DNA of 64,000 bases. It comes from the human T2T-CHM13v2.0 reference genome, Homo sapiens. Where the stretch lies: the NCBI RefSeq assembly GCF_009914755.1, contig NC_060932.1; one strand, written 5' to 3'. The notes beneath the pieces were generated by a model, which saw only the letters and a list, made by a program, of their open reading frames with translations, was not told the DNA's origin and did not search any database. Shown here one piece after another: positions 1 to 13,822 of this stretch. Numbering within the stretch: the first letter of the stretch is position 1; each line of letters begins with the position of its first letter. A program made the position numbers and the translations under genes.

Positions 1-380
1 CTGCTATCTGAGCCAGGCTCAGTTGATCTCAGTTGAGATCACTCATGTATCTGGAATCACCCATGGGTCAGCTGTGGGCTGGCTGGTCTAGGGTGGTCTC
101 AGCTGGTAGACTAGGCTTTGCTCCACATGGTCTCTAATCCTCCATTAGGCTATGCTGGACTTTTTTTCATGCCAAAGGTAGAATGTTTCTGACCAGACTC
201 AGAACTGGCACATAGTTATCACTTCTGTTGTGTTTTATTGGCTACAGAAGGTCAGAGTTAGCCATTCAGGGAGTAAGGAAATAGAGTTTATCTCTTTATG
301 GAACAAGCTGCAAAGTCGCATTGCAAAAGGTATGAATACAGAAAGGGGAAGAATAGGCATCATTTTTGCAAGTAGTCGAC
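1..380. mobile_element. Old MaLR (MLT1-type) LTR fragment
   Basis: MLT1-like motifs (ctcagctgg, gctccacatggtctc, cttctgttgtgttttattggc, gctgcaaagtcgcattgcaaa). Subfamily not resolved. Confidence 0.55.
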
Positions 381-1118
381 CATGGGGCTTCTTTGTTCTG
401 ATTGGAATACTGAGTAGGTGGAATGAAGCTGTCTGGCAATGCAGGCTGAGATTAACCTGACCTGTTTATTTTAAGTTCAGGGAGTAGTGAGGAAACACTG
501 AAGTGTTTTGAGCAGGGAAAAACCATGTTCAGAAGTCTGGCTTTAGAAGGAATAAGCTTTTATGGTTACGAGGTGAACAACAGCATAGAGAGGCAGGATG
601 AAAGAGTGTCTTTTCCAATCATCTAGGTGGAAATTAAGGAAGGTTTGAATCAATGTAATGGCAATAGGAGCAGAATCAAGGCCAAAGGTAAGAATGCAAG
701 GACTGATAAGACTGCTGATGGCATGTCAGGTGAGTGAGACAAGTAGCATCTTCTTTACGCTCCTTCCTTTTCCCCCTGTATACCAAGCTCAGATTTTTAA
801 CACACATCCTCTTATTCTACATTCAGAGTTCCCAGAATATATTGTCCGTTGCCACATGATAATATGGCATGTAATAATTGGCAAGACATGACAATCATAT
901 TGTAGGGACATGGGACTGAGATCCACTGCTTTGATCTACCATTCTAATGAGGCTAAGCTTTCTTATTTCATCCCAGACTGAAAGTTGTTCTAAGATTGAG
1001 GCTTTAGTTCATTTGGTAGGTTTTTGTCAATGATTCTATATCTTCATAAATCTCTAATTTAAATTTGGCAAAATACGTATTAAAAATAAAATGAAGTTGC
1101 ACAAATATTACTTTCAAT

Positions 1119-1124
1119 TTTATT
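1119..1124 (-). terminator. Distal polyadenylation signal AATAAA
   Basis: tttatt on the + strand. Downstream on the minus strand lies a U-rich tract (cttcattttatttttaat). Confidence 0.7.
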
Positions 1125-3009
1125 TAAATCAAATAATGTTGTGATGATATGAAGAACTTTGCATAGAAACCACATGAATTTTAAAGACAAAATTCGAATA
1201 CCTAATTATCCTATTCTGAAACAATTAAAAGAATACACATGTTAAATTGCCATAAACATGTACGTATTACATAATACACATAACAATCATAAAACATTTT
1301 ATACTGATTTATTATAAATAATTGGAAACAATATTTCATTTCTCAAACCCAGACAACAAAACAGTAAATATCATGCTTTCTTTTTTTATTATTTTATTTT
1401 GTTTTTGTAATATGAGTTTGGAAATAGTATTCTTTATCCAAAAACTGGTTTAAGAAAGTGTCTGTAGGAACACAAAAGGACAAAATACTCATTTTCTTTC
1501 CCTTAAATGAAAACAGTTGAGAAGTTTTTAGAAGGAGAGGCTTACCTGCTATGAAGAAGCCACCAAGAATAGAAAAATGGTATAATACCTGCAAATATCA
1601 CTTGTAAGGCAAAAAGGGGTAGAATACAGACACATAAATATAAAAAAGACTTGATGGTAAACTTTAAAAAGTATTTTTCTTAACAATGTGAATAGCTTTA
1701 TTTTCTCAAATGGAGGAAACCATTAAGGCATAGTGGATCAAGTCACCAAGTTTGAAACTGGTATTGCTACCTTGCCAACAACTGTCTCTTTTATGAGAGG
1801 AGGCCCAGTAGCTTTATTTCAATTTTCTCATCCCATAGTGACTCATGTTTTAATAAAAACTGTTTACTGTCATAACCTTGGACACTTACAGGCAGAGAAG
1901 ACTTCTTGATAAAATAATGCAGTAACTTCAAGCACCCCAAAAATTCACTTAAAATACATTATCCCATAGGAATATTTCCATTGAGTTATTTATGGCAACT
2001 AGCAGTCAGAATTTCTTAGTCAGGTGACTATGATTAATTTTCTTTTTGTATATATTTCCCTTACATATAATAGTTTTGCCAATTTTTCTCCCCTGATAAT
2101 AATTTTTAAAAATTAAAAATTGCCTAAGGGAATGGACTGAAGGAGAAATATATGAAGAATGATGTATTTCATTAAGGGATATAGTAGATTTCTTTGAGCA
2201 TTTGTGTTATTTGCATCAATTAAGGACAATGTTGCATATTCCAGATTAATTAGCTATTAGGTTTTTTGCAGATATAAACATGCTATGTACAATGATATTT
2301 ATAATTATTTTATTTTTTATAGACTTCAAAGTGTTTCTTTTATAGACACTGGAACAGTGTGAATCTGGTAAGCATGTTTCAGTTAATTAGCAAAATTTAA
2401 ATTAGCAAGACATAACAGGGTGAGTATTGGAGTTCTAAAAATATTTTTAAAATAATGAAGTTACATGTATGTATACACATGCAAGTAGATACTGTAAAAT
2501 GAACTGCTCCAGAGTACTTGGTTTTACTTCAACTTAACATACTCCAAAATATTGCTTTCCTGTATAATATCAAAGGAAATATTAAATGCATGTATATTAT
2601 TTTAAGAACTTGATGATATATTTTACATTCTTTTAACTTTACTCAGGCTATAAATATATTTATATATCATTCAATCAGTTTTTAGAGTAAATGAAAACCA
2701 TAGTATGGGGGTGGTAAGTTTTCACCACATACATCCTTACTTGATTATGTTCATTTCTTTTTCTGAAAACTGTATCAAAAATCAGAGTAATGGAGTTTGT
2801 TTCTACCACACACTTATTGTCCATGTACTACAGTTCATTATGGCTTACAAAAATGGAATTTTCATTTGAAGATGGGTAAGCAGAAATCAACTAGTAAGTA
2901 TGATACTGGAATTAGGCTTCTGAAATCCATTAACATTTAACCAACTCAGAGGACAATGCTGTTCTAAATTTTTATCAAAATTGTGCAACAGTATAATTTG
3001 TTAGTAGGT

Positions 3010-3017
3010 TTGCATAG
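3010..3017 (-). promoter_or_regulatory. miR-153 8mer seed site (CTATGCAA); second copy at 1159-1166
   Basis: + strand ttgcatag at both positions; pairs with seed UGCAUAG and has A1. Confidence 0.55.
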
Positions 3018-3212
3018 ATATAACACCTTTTCACTGGTATAATACATCTTTTCCAAAGGATTATGGCAGGCTTGTTTCTATTCTTCATGTATATTCTCTT
3101 TTTCACTCTTTTTTTCTGTTTTACATGAAATTAACCATATTTATCATCTGGCTACCATAGTTCCAAAATAAGGTCCAGTAGTAGTTTGAAGCACAGCAAG
3201 CTCAGCAGTTTC

Positions 3213-3220
3213 TTCCCTTT
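3213..3220 (-). promoter_or_regulatory. miR-204/211 8mer seed site (AAAGGGAA) in the 3'UTR
   Basis: + strand ttcccttt; its reverse complement pairs with seed UCCCUUU and has A1. Confidence 0.6.
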
Positions 3221-3469
3221 TTAAAGCCCGACAGTCAGTGGAGTTTTCTATAGTCGAGCCACGTGAGCACTGTCACCCCAAGTAGAGACTCTTGTGAACT
3301 CAAACGGCTCCAGATTCACGGTCAAGAACCTTGGTGACTTCACATAACTACCACTTATTGCTGGAAGGGAGACAATATTGTTTGCTTCTGAAGTTTTCAA
3401 ACAGTTTCTCACCTGGCAGCTTCTCCGGATTTCTTTGTTGCTTTCATAATCGCTTCTGACATTGCGCTT

Positions 3470-3630
3470 TCAAAAATCTAAAGGTCGAATCATCATAGTT
3501 GTGGAACGTAAGGAGTAACTGGGCCCTTTGAAGTAGTGCCACTTTATCCCATTCAGTTTTCCATGGTTTTGTCCCGCAGTATAGAACATTCCATTTAGAT
3601 TGGAGGGGCCACAAGCATCAAACCACCATC
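3470..3630 (-). CDS. ANGPT1: Angiopoietin-1 last coding exon (canonical exon 9), 161 coding nt including the TGA stop
   Basis: Manual translation (G)WWFDACGPSNLNGMFYTAGQNHGKLNGIKWHYFKGPSYSLRSTTMMIRPLDF*. Acceptor attttttcAG at 3632-3631; TGA at 3472-3470. Phases join correctly across all five exons. Confidence 0.98.
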
Positions 3631-5839
3631 CTGAAAAAATAATTCATAATAGAAGAGAGAAGGAGAGGCAACAATTTTAAGTAAATGGAATATTTGGAAA
3701 TTAATGGCATTAAATGATGGGAAACTTGCTTGTTCTTGTTATGCTTATTTGCAATTACGAGGCATCAGTAAATATATTCCCAGTAGTGAAACTGTTTTAA
3801 ATGACTTCTGATTTAAGATTTGTATGACCCATCACAGACAGCAATGCTCTCATGGAAAGCAGCTTTCAGTGTGACTCCACTGGAACTCACTTCTTCTTGT
3901 AATGATGGGAAGCCTCTGGGCTTCAAGATACAATCTACATAAGAGATGGATTTACATTTAAGACAAATGCAATAAGGAAAATGCATATACCCATAAGAGG
4001 CATTCCATCTTAAGACTGTTATTGGGAATAGAACAATTAATTATTAGTGAAGAAATGCAGAAACTTAGACAAGCAACTGAGATCTAAATAGAAAGATATT
4101 CTCCATCTACTGCATATGTTTGTCAATAATTGGCCCTAAGCTGCTTCTAAAATTAATTGGATACTGTGCAATGACTATGATGCTCAAAAGGGCTTTTAAT
4201 TAACGTACCCTCTCTGTAGTTTATAACAGTAGAAAAAGTGTTCAGCAATAGTAGCCATTCAGTTCCTGTACAGCCATATTTTGTCTATGGTTATTTAAGT
4301 GCTTTCCAAACTTAGTAAAAAGAAAAACAACTTGATGAGTAACATGGAAATTCTATGCTTGTATAGCTCTCTATAAGGATAACTGGATAAGTCAGTTTTA
4401 TTTTTTAAATAAATTAAGTTCTTAGATTTTTAGATAAAGCATAGTGTTTTTTCCTGTCTGCTGAAGTAACACTACTGAATCTTTAGGGAGAGATTTATGC
4501 CAGAGACATTCTGGCATATTTTTTATTTGGATACAGTTGACCTCTCTTTGATTACAGACTTATACCTAAGGGACTAATAGCTAAAGAAAGAGAAAGCTGT
4601 ACAGCTGATGTTTAACTGTAACATGAGCACAATCTTGCAGAAACTTTAGAAGAAGTCAAATGGAGAAAAGCTAGTTCTCATTTTTCAACTTTAGAAGATG
4701 AGTACAGCTGGCTTGTGTTTATAAAGTCACACTAGAGGCGTAACAAGCTGCATTAATCACCAGTTCATAGTGGGGAACCACAAGGTATGTCTTGATGAAT
4801 TTGGAAAGACATTATATTCCGTGCAGTTTTATCAACTGTATGCAAACAACATAAATGTTAATGTAGTCAAAACATGAGGGACAAAAAGGTTCTTGTTTGG
4901 AAAAGAAGGAGGAACTGCAAGTAAAATCCTACCTTTGTTTTTCTTAAGATTAATTCTTCTAATTTTTGATCAGTACAGCTGTTAAATATGCTGTTTATAT
5001 TATAAAAAGCATTCTAATATTAGTGAATTTATTTGCCCAAAAGACTCTTTCTAAAGGACTAAAATAAAACTCTAAGATGAAATTCAACTTGATTGATTCT
5101 GTTTTTAACTTTTCTCCTCCTTTTCTGTGACCTTCTTGAAGCACTTTTCCATTGCATTAATGAACTTTTTTATAGTCTTTCAAATATGCACCATGGTCTC
5201 TCAAGCAAACACACTTACTCTATTGTTGAGACTGACAATGATTCATAGAATTCTCTTCCAAGTTGCATTGGGGTAAAATGTGTGTTTTTGTTTATTTGGT
5301 TTATAGAAAGTCACAGGAGTCCCAGAGGAGTGCGGAAAGACAGACGTCTGTTGCAACAACAGCCTGGCAATAAAGAGCACAGGCTAAAGGATATGCTCAT
5401 TGGGAAACTTTGGGAAAACTTAGGAAAGAGACAAGAAACAGTAAGAGCCTGTGAGAGAGTCAGGTAAATTGATCTTGTGTAGCTTTTTGAAGGAATAAAG
5501 TGGGGTAATGTTTGCAATGAGTAGAATGGCATTTTGGAGACATTGAAGGAAGGCCAGTATGGCTGGGTCACAATCAACGAGGGGGATAGTCACCTGAAGC
5601 TAAGAGGGTCTGAAGCAAATCACCCAGTGTTTTGTTCATCATCCTAAAAACAATGGAAAGCCATGGTTTGTATATTGGCCCATCTCCTGTACTTAGTAGG
5701 ACACCTAACGAAGTTTGCTTCCCAAATGACCGGCGGGTCACTGCAGGCTTGTTAACTGATTGACTCTCTGATTGGTTCTCCTTGTGAAGTCTTTGTTGTC
5801 TGAAGTTGTTTAGCTTACTAAAATGCTGTATTTGATAGA

Positions 5840-6400
5840 TACCCCAAAATGTAACACCTGTCCTTATTGTATTCATTTTTTTCTTTATGTATCCATTCAA
5901 TATATAATTATTGTGAAACGTTGTTACACAATACTCAAGACAGACATAGTCCTTGCCTTCATGAAACTCACTTCTAATGGGAGAAACAGATGAATATATG
6001 TAAGCAGGCACATAAAATAACTATTAGGTTGGTGCAAAAGTAACTGCGGTTTTTGCCATGACTGTTATTGACAAAAAACGCAATTACTTTTGCACCAACC
6101 TAATATAAATTATGACTTAAAATGTCATGAAGAAAATACGTAGGAGCTCTGAAGGAGAATAACTTGACTTTTCACATTTGTGAAAGAAGCTGATATTTAA
6201 CGAGACCAGAAGGAGGAGAGAGACAGCCCCAAGAAGATGGGAAAAGACCCTGCTAAGCAGAATACAGCACCTGCAAAGGCGATGAGGAAGAAAACAAGCT
6301 TGGGATGTGTAGGGACATCAGTGCAACTGGTGCACAGTAAACAAGAAATGACTTGCAGGAAATGAAGGTAGAGGAATAGGCAGTCCTGGTGAGAAGTTCA
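5840..6400. mobile_element. L2 (LINE2) 3' fragment interrupted by the MADE1
   Basis: cattcaa...agacatagtccttgccttcatgaaactcacttctaatggga...gcacctgcaaaggc, typical of the L2 3' end. Confidence 0.5.
6024..6103. mobile_element. MADE1 (80-bp Hsmar1-derived MITE), full length with TA target-site duplications
   Basis: ttaggttggtgcaaaagtaa...ttacttttgcaccaacctaa, exactly 80 bp, flanked by TA at 6022-6023 and 6104-6105. Confidence 0.95.
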
Positions 6401-8437
6401 ATGTTTATGGAACAATTTGTAGTTTAGCCAGCCTGCTTGTCCATGATCAGGCAAACAAGTAAAACATTCTCTACAGATGGGAACCACAATCGAACCAGAA
6501 GAACCAGATCTGCTAGGTTAAATGTTTAATCAAACATGGTTTAGAGTCCTCATTCTCTACGATCTTCCAAAGCCATCCTGAGCATATGTGACAGCTTAAA
6601 AAAAAAAAGGAGAAAATTGAGTCTAGAATCAATTCTGCAAATATTAACCAATGGATAGGGATAGGGGACAGAAATTTTTGGAAACAAAATTTCTGACTTT
6701 AAAGCATGCACAGTTTTGTGTAGGAGACAAACAAAATGCTACACATTGAGATGATAGCCGTTAAACTAAGAGAAGAAGAAAATTTGATGGAAACACAGAG
6801 GCAGTAGGTGCTAACTGTCTGAGGGACCACAAAGCTCACTCATTCAACAGCTGCTCTGGGTCCTGAAAGATGGGTATGAGTTCACTGGACAGAAAGAGCT
6901 TCTATATAGTCTGTACTCTGGAAGACCAGGGGAGAGTGTCTGCCAGCAGGTTGGCTTGGCTGGAGTGCCAGTGGGTTAAAGGGTTGGAGAATATAGGGCT
7001 AAAAAATAAACAGGAGGGAAAACATAAAGGTTTTTATTACACCTTTAGACATTTTCTTTTGGGCAATGGGAAGCCTGGAGAGCGCCGGAGCAGAAGTTAG
7101 AAGACCCAGACTTTTCATGCTTACTTCATCAATAAATAACCAAGAGATCCTACACAATAGTACCAATAGTATTTGATATTTATTGAATCGTTCATATGAA
7201 GGTATTTATATGCATTTTCTCATTTTATCCCCCAAACAGCCTTAAGTGATGTGGCAAGTACCATAATAAAGATACTAATGCTCACAGAGTTTAAGGAACT
7301 GTTTAAGGTCACATTCATAATACATAGATTCTAAGAGCTAACCAACCATTTTCACAGCACAGTTATAAGAATCAAATAAGATAATGCACTATTACAGCCT
7401 GTAAAATCCTACTAAAGTGCCAGCTGTAAGTTATCTAGAAAATGGGGCAGAATGTTTAGGCCAGAAAAAAAAGAGACAAGACCTTGTGGAGCATCACAGT
7501 AATTTAATAATAAAGACAAGGTCATCAGTGCCAACATATTTTCTTATTTGCTTAGTGGGGTTTATTAGAGAAATATGAAAATAATTAGACCCAAATAAGT
7601 ACAACTGTACAATGTTCATGTTATAAAAACTTGGCATTTAAGTTCCTAATTTTTTTAAATGTTTCATTTTGATTTCATGACAAATCAAGGAGTTTGAAAT
7701 GTTCAATTAACTCTTTATCTTAAGACTAGTGGGCCATGAATTCTGTGATCTATCTCAGAGCAACTGATAATAAAGATGATGAATTAAGATGGAAGAAAAT
7801 GAAATAAAAGAGCAATTATTTCTCATGACAATTTCAGTTTTATTATAAAATATCCTAACTTCAAGGTAGAAGAAGTAATTACTTCTGTGTAGGCAAGGAT
7901 TCTCTGTTTTCTTTGATATATACATTAAAACAAACTAAATAATTTGTTCGTATCAAATATTTCAAACAGTTTGTCCACTTTCTACCTTTATTTTTAAAAA
8001 TTAAGCATGGCCAAGTCTTTTAAACACAAATCCTGAAAATATGTGGTTTAAAGCATTTTTTCAATGCAGGCAAAAGTATAGCAGACTCCTCATTACTCAT
8101 ATGCATTCCTTGTATTTACAGGTGATCATAGATACTCAGTACATATGGTAAATCTGCATGGGATGAAGATGTTCTATGAATATACAGAAGAGTATGCCTG
8201 AGTTTACAGTTCCTCTCTGATAAGATTCTGAATAGCTGAATTATATATTCTGTGCAATCCTGGGAAAACACTGACTTTGTATTTTGTTTATGCTTGGGAA
8301 TAACAAATAAGAAATATCCTAGAGCAATTCATTTAGGGAAGGCACTTCAAGCCTGAAAGAACTCAATGATGCAAGCAAAGGATTGAAAAAAAAGTTACCC
8401 TCTGCTATTGGGACAACTGATAAAATGTCTCAAATGT

Positions 8438-8774
<337 letters not shown>

Positions 8775-9484
8775 TCAAATGTCTTAAGGTTGGCAACTGC
8801 TGAGATGTACTTTCGAAGCATTTTTCTTCATAACCTGTAACCTCATGTATATTTTAATAAGAAATCTGAGATTCATGTTTCCAATTCATTTACACTTAAC
8901 TCATTAAAATTTAGTTTAGTAATAACTATCCCAGGCCTTTTAAAATCATTTGTGTCTTTTATCTTTGAAGCAGAAAATTCACATTTTATTGCTAATAGAT
9001 GAAACTTTGCCCAGAAAATAGGAATTTGATTCTCAACTTTGTACTCAGGAAGTTCAACTTTATTTGAACATCAGGAAATCTAACTCTTAAATTCTTCTGA
9101 TTCTAAACAAAACATCTCTCAACACTTCTTTTCTGTGGTAAAATGTACAGCAAAATGAAAAGGTATATTTGTTTTTGTAGATTTCTTTTGTTCGTTTTCA
9201 ATGCATGCATTCTAATCAGCAGTATGCAAAACAGCTTGCACAGAAATTAAGATTTTCATCTTTCATCACTAACTAAGAATGAGTTTAAACTAAATTGATT
9301 GGTGCCATCAATGGGATCATAATGGAAAAAATCTCTTGGTGAGTTTATGTGGACAAAGTTGGCCCTACGCAAAGCAAGCCTCAAGAAGCAGCTGCATGGG
9401 TCTTGCATGCAGGAGGCAAAGAAACTTGCTAGAAGTCCATTCCTTCTGTCATCTCTTAATATATCCTCTTCAGGCCAAGGACTT

Positions 9485-9485
<1 letters not shown>

Positions 9486-9516
<31 letters not shown>

Positions 9517-9539
9517 TTTGTTTGTTTTTGACTGTTCTT

Positions 9540-9570
<31 letters not shown>

Positions 9571-9625
9571 TTCTTTCCTTTCTTTCCTTTCTTCTTTCTT
9601 TCTTTTCCTTTCTCTTCTTTTTGTT
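9486..9625 (+). repeat. Compound polypyrimidine tract: T30, (TC)n and (TTTC)n
   Basis: Read directly from the sequence. Confidence 0.95.
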
Positions 9626-9829
9626 CTAAAGATGAAAAGTTGTTTATCCTGGCTAGGAATATCAAATTCACTTAAAACTTCTAGGTATTCTTTTACCTCC
9701 TCTCTTCTCCCTCATACTTCATTTTGCTTTTAACCATGTTTAAATGAGGAAATGCTTGCAAAAAGATGCTGCAAACGGTACAATAGAGCTCCGTCATTCT
9801 CTTTGAATGTCATCCCTTTTAATGGAGGC

Positions 9830-10070
9830 AGTAGAAAGAGTAGATAGAACAAAGGCCTCTGGAGGTTGAGTACCTGCATTTAAATTCTACTTCTGACAAA
9901 ATTCTGTGACCTATGGCAAATTATCTAACTTTTCTGTATCTCAGTTCTTGCCAAAAGTATTATTGTAGTCTGTATTTCCAAGAGTTTTTGGAAGCTTCGT
10001 ATATGTTATTAAATATAAATCATTTAGAATAATATAAACGTATCCATTAGAAAGAGCTCAATAAGTTTTT
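9830..10070 (+). mobile_element. MIR
   Basis: ctgtgacctatggcaaattatctaacttttctgtatctcagtt...agagctcaataa core. Confidence 0.65.
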
Positions 10071-13045
10071 AAATATTATTACTGAGTACAATACAAAATT
10101 AATTGGTTATTTCTCATCCACTGTCAATTATTAAGCTTTGGTTGTAGCCTTGCACGAGAGGACTATCGGTTCTGATTCACCTTTTTCCAAACTTATAAAA
10201 GACATTTTCTGATACTCTTTGCTCTTTTTCTAAGAAATGAAACTTTGCCCGAGAAAATAGGAATGTAATCTTAAACTTTGCATTTTAGGAAGCTCAAATT
10301 TATTTGACAGTCAGGAACCTAACACTCAAATTTTTATAATTCTGCAGTTTAGTCTTTTGGGGTTTGGTTATTCTTAAGTTAGTTTCAGTCTTTGATAGTC
10401 ATCTCTTTGTTCCATGCTGGTGCATATAAATACATGTATGTATTAGGCATTTTAAATATAAGTTCATGCAAGAATCACGTTTATACTAACATTCATTTAT
10501 GTCTTTTCACCAGAATAATTTGTAATTTTGCCATGTCCTTTCAGAGTCTCTGCTAACATTTACTCACTAAACCAATATTTATTGAACATATGCTATCTGC
10601 CACACACTATGGCAGCCACTGGGGATACAGTAGTGGACAGCACAAAATCCCTGCATTCACAGAACTTACATTTGTGTAGAATAGGCTTACGTTTTATGTA
10701 CTAAATATAGAAATTGGGTTGAAATAAAAGTAGTGCAATGTAGATTTCTATAGTCAATCTTACATTAGTCATATGGATCTTCTTTTCTCTCAATATTTTT
10801 ACCTTGAAACAGAGAATTTTAGTTATCTGATCATGCTTAGCAGGTCTTTCTTGGGTTCCCAAAAATGCTAAGACAATTATATTTTCCCAAAGATCTTGTC
10901 ACTTCAAGGTCATACACCAGTTGAAAAAACTGCTAGCTTCTATCATTTTCTTTGTCTTCTTTAAGATTATATAGTAGGCAAAGTGAGCGTTTGTCAACTG
11001 TCTGCTGTTAGCATCTGGAAAGTTCTAGATGTACTAAGAAATTTACGTGTATGGCTTTATCCCCTATTTAAGGACTGAACTGAAAAATATCCTTCGTTAG
11101 CTTTAGAAAGTCTTGTCTACCAGTTGACATGGTTTATGCATTGGGAAAAGAAATGAGAGTTTCTACTTCAATAGATTCTTTCTACAGAAAGTTAGGTCAC
11201 ATTTTTACATAGCCTTTATATTATGTACTAAATATGGAAATTATACTGACACTAAAGTAAGGAATGTAAAACGGTAACATATTTGTTTTTGTTGTTGGCA
11301 ACCTTTAATAATTACAGTTTATGAAAGATTTTTAGAAATAATTCTTTAATTATAACATTAATAATTTTAGTTAACTGTAGCTTAAGCAAACTTTCAGAAA
11401 TGCAGACTTTGAAAACTCCTAATTTAGTATCAAAGATTTTTTTTTAGCTGAAGGTAAGTTTGTTTTGAATGTGACAATCTAGTAACAAAAATTTGTCACT
11501 GTCTTAATTTTGGAATCAGAATTTTTCACATATTTATCTCCATATACAATAAATCTATACAAAAAGTATGCATTGAATGAGATTTCATTTTCATTTTCTT
11601 AATGTTAAATAGTAGATAAAACTATTTCTTTTAAATTTTTAATGAAACTTATGCTCTAGCCTGTCTTGCTCATTTGTTTAATAGTAATTAACCCCCTTAA
11701 ACTGATAGAAGAAAGCCAAGAAATAAGGAAGTTAGGAAATGAAGAACAAAGATCAAGTCCTACCTTGGGTCTAGCTGAAATACCTTCTGCTTTCAGTTAA
11801 GCCTATTTCCTGCCATTCAGTCTTTTACCGATAAGGGTAATGATACCAGATTCTCCAGCTAGAATTCCTCTATGTACTTGAAGAAAACTAGGATAGTTAG
11901 TGGGCAATAAATCTTATTTTACTCTTAATCCCTTTTAGAAGAAACAAAGGAAAAATATATAAATAAACAAGATAAAACAAAGCTTTAATTGATGATGACA
12001 AAGAGCTATGAGTTACTAGCTCCAAAGAGTATGAAGTCTCACTGCTTAAGAGAGGGTATTTTAAATAGGCAACAGGCTCAAATACTAAGTTTAAAAAGAA
12101 AAAAAAAGGAAAGGAAAAATCATTAGATGAGGAAAATGGCTCTAAGGGAAATTTTGACAGAGAATAAGTAGTAGTGGTGGGGAGTAGCTAAGTAGGACCT
12201 AAGTTCCAGGCAATACTCCAGTTACCTGGACTGTCAATGACATTCATCCTTATGTTCTCCAGTTCTTAGCTATCTAAATTCCACATTTTAGCTTTCCATA
12301 ATAAATAGCTTTGCAAGACCTGGATTCTTTCAAAGGGACATTTGATAAGGTAATGGCGTTTATTACAAAAACACATTTACTTAGACTATTCCAGCCCAAG
12401 CAATAAGTGGAAATATTCTCTCCCAAACATATGTGTTTATTGGTGAGTAAGAATTGGGTCCAAGAATAATTATGGATGAAAGAACATGACGAAGTTCAAT
12501 CATTTAAAGCAGAAATAAAATCATAAATCTGAGCAGTGAAGTTTTCTCATTGAAAACCAAGATGTACATTCTTCTCTTTGCTTCACTCCATATTTTCATT
12601 ATTATGACAGAAATATGAACATATTGGAATACTCTTCTAAGGACACATTTGAAAGATTTTACTGTTGGTTTTTTCATGTATTGTATTTATTTGGTAAGAA
12701 AAAATATCTGTGAAAATAGACATGGAGAAAATAAAGCATATTTCAATATTAAAATGTGCAGGAAACTGAAAAATCAAAGTCCCTTTGTCTTTGTATAAAG
12801 TTGCTGACAATTTCATTTATGAGATCAGGGAAGTAATAAAAATAAAAATTTTCTATCAGGAAAAAGCTCAAGACCTACCTTGTGTGTACCATTTAAAAAA
12901 AAAATATTAGATTTGTAGCAACTAGTTTTGGGGGTGAGGGCTGAGGGAGGAGTCATAAAATTACATATAGGAGACTTTTTAATATTTGATGATGTTAAAT
13001 ATGATGCCAAAAGGATAGTTCAAAGATTAAGGAAAAGAACATGAA

Positions 13046-13378
<333 letters not shown>

Positions 13379-13418
13379 TCATAATAGGTTAGTTTTGATA
13401 ATATTGGGGCTGGTATCA

Positions 13419-13822
<404 letters not shown>

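Larger units (their letters stand above)
1097..3469 (-). other. ANGPT1: ANGPT1 3'UTR (~2.4 kb, AU-rich, no obvious interspersed repeats); 3' end approximate
   Basis: Follows the stop codon. AATAAA at 1119-1124 (minus strand) with U-rich sequence downstream; cleavage inferred ~20 nt past the hexamer. Confidence 0.8.

Noticed and set aside
5574-6011. 145-aa minus-strand ORF
   Set aside because: GTG start, overlaps L2-like sequence, no recognisable homology.
9336-9733. Phe/Leu/Ser-rich and Lys/Glu/Arg-rich ORFs
   Set aside because: Artefacts of the T30/TC tract.
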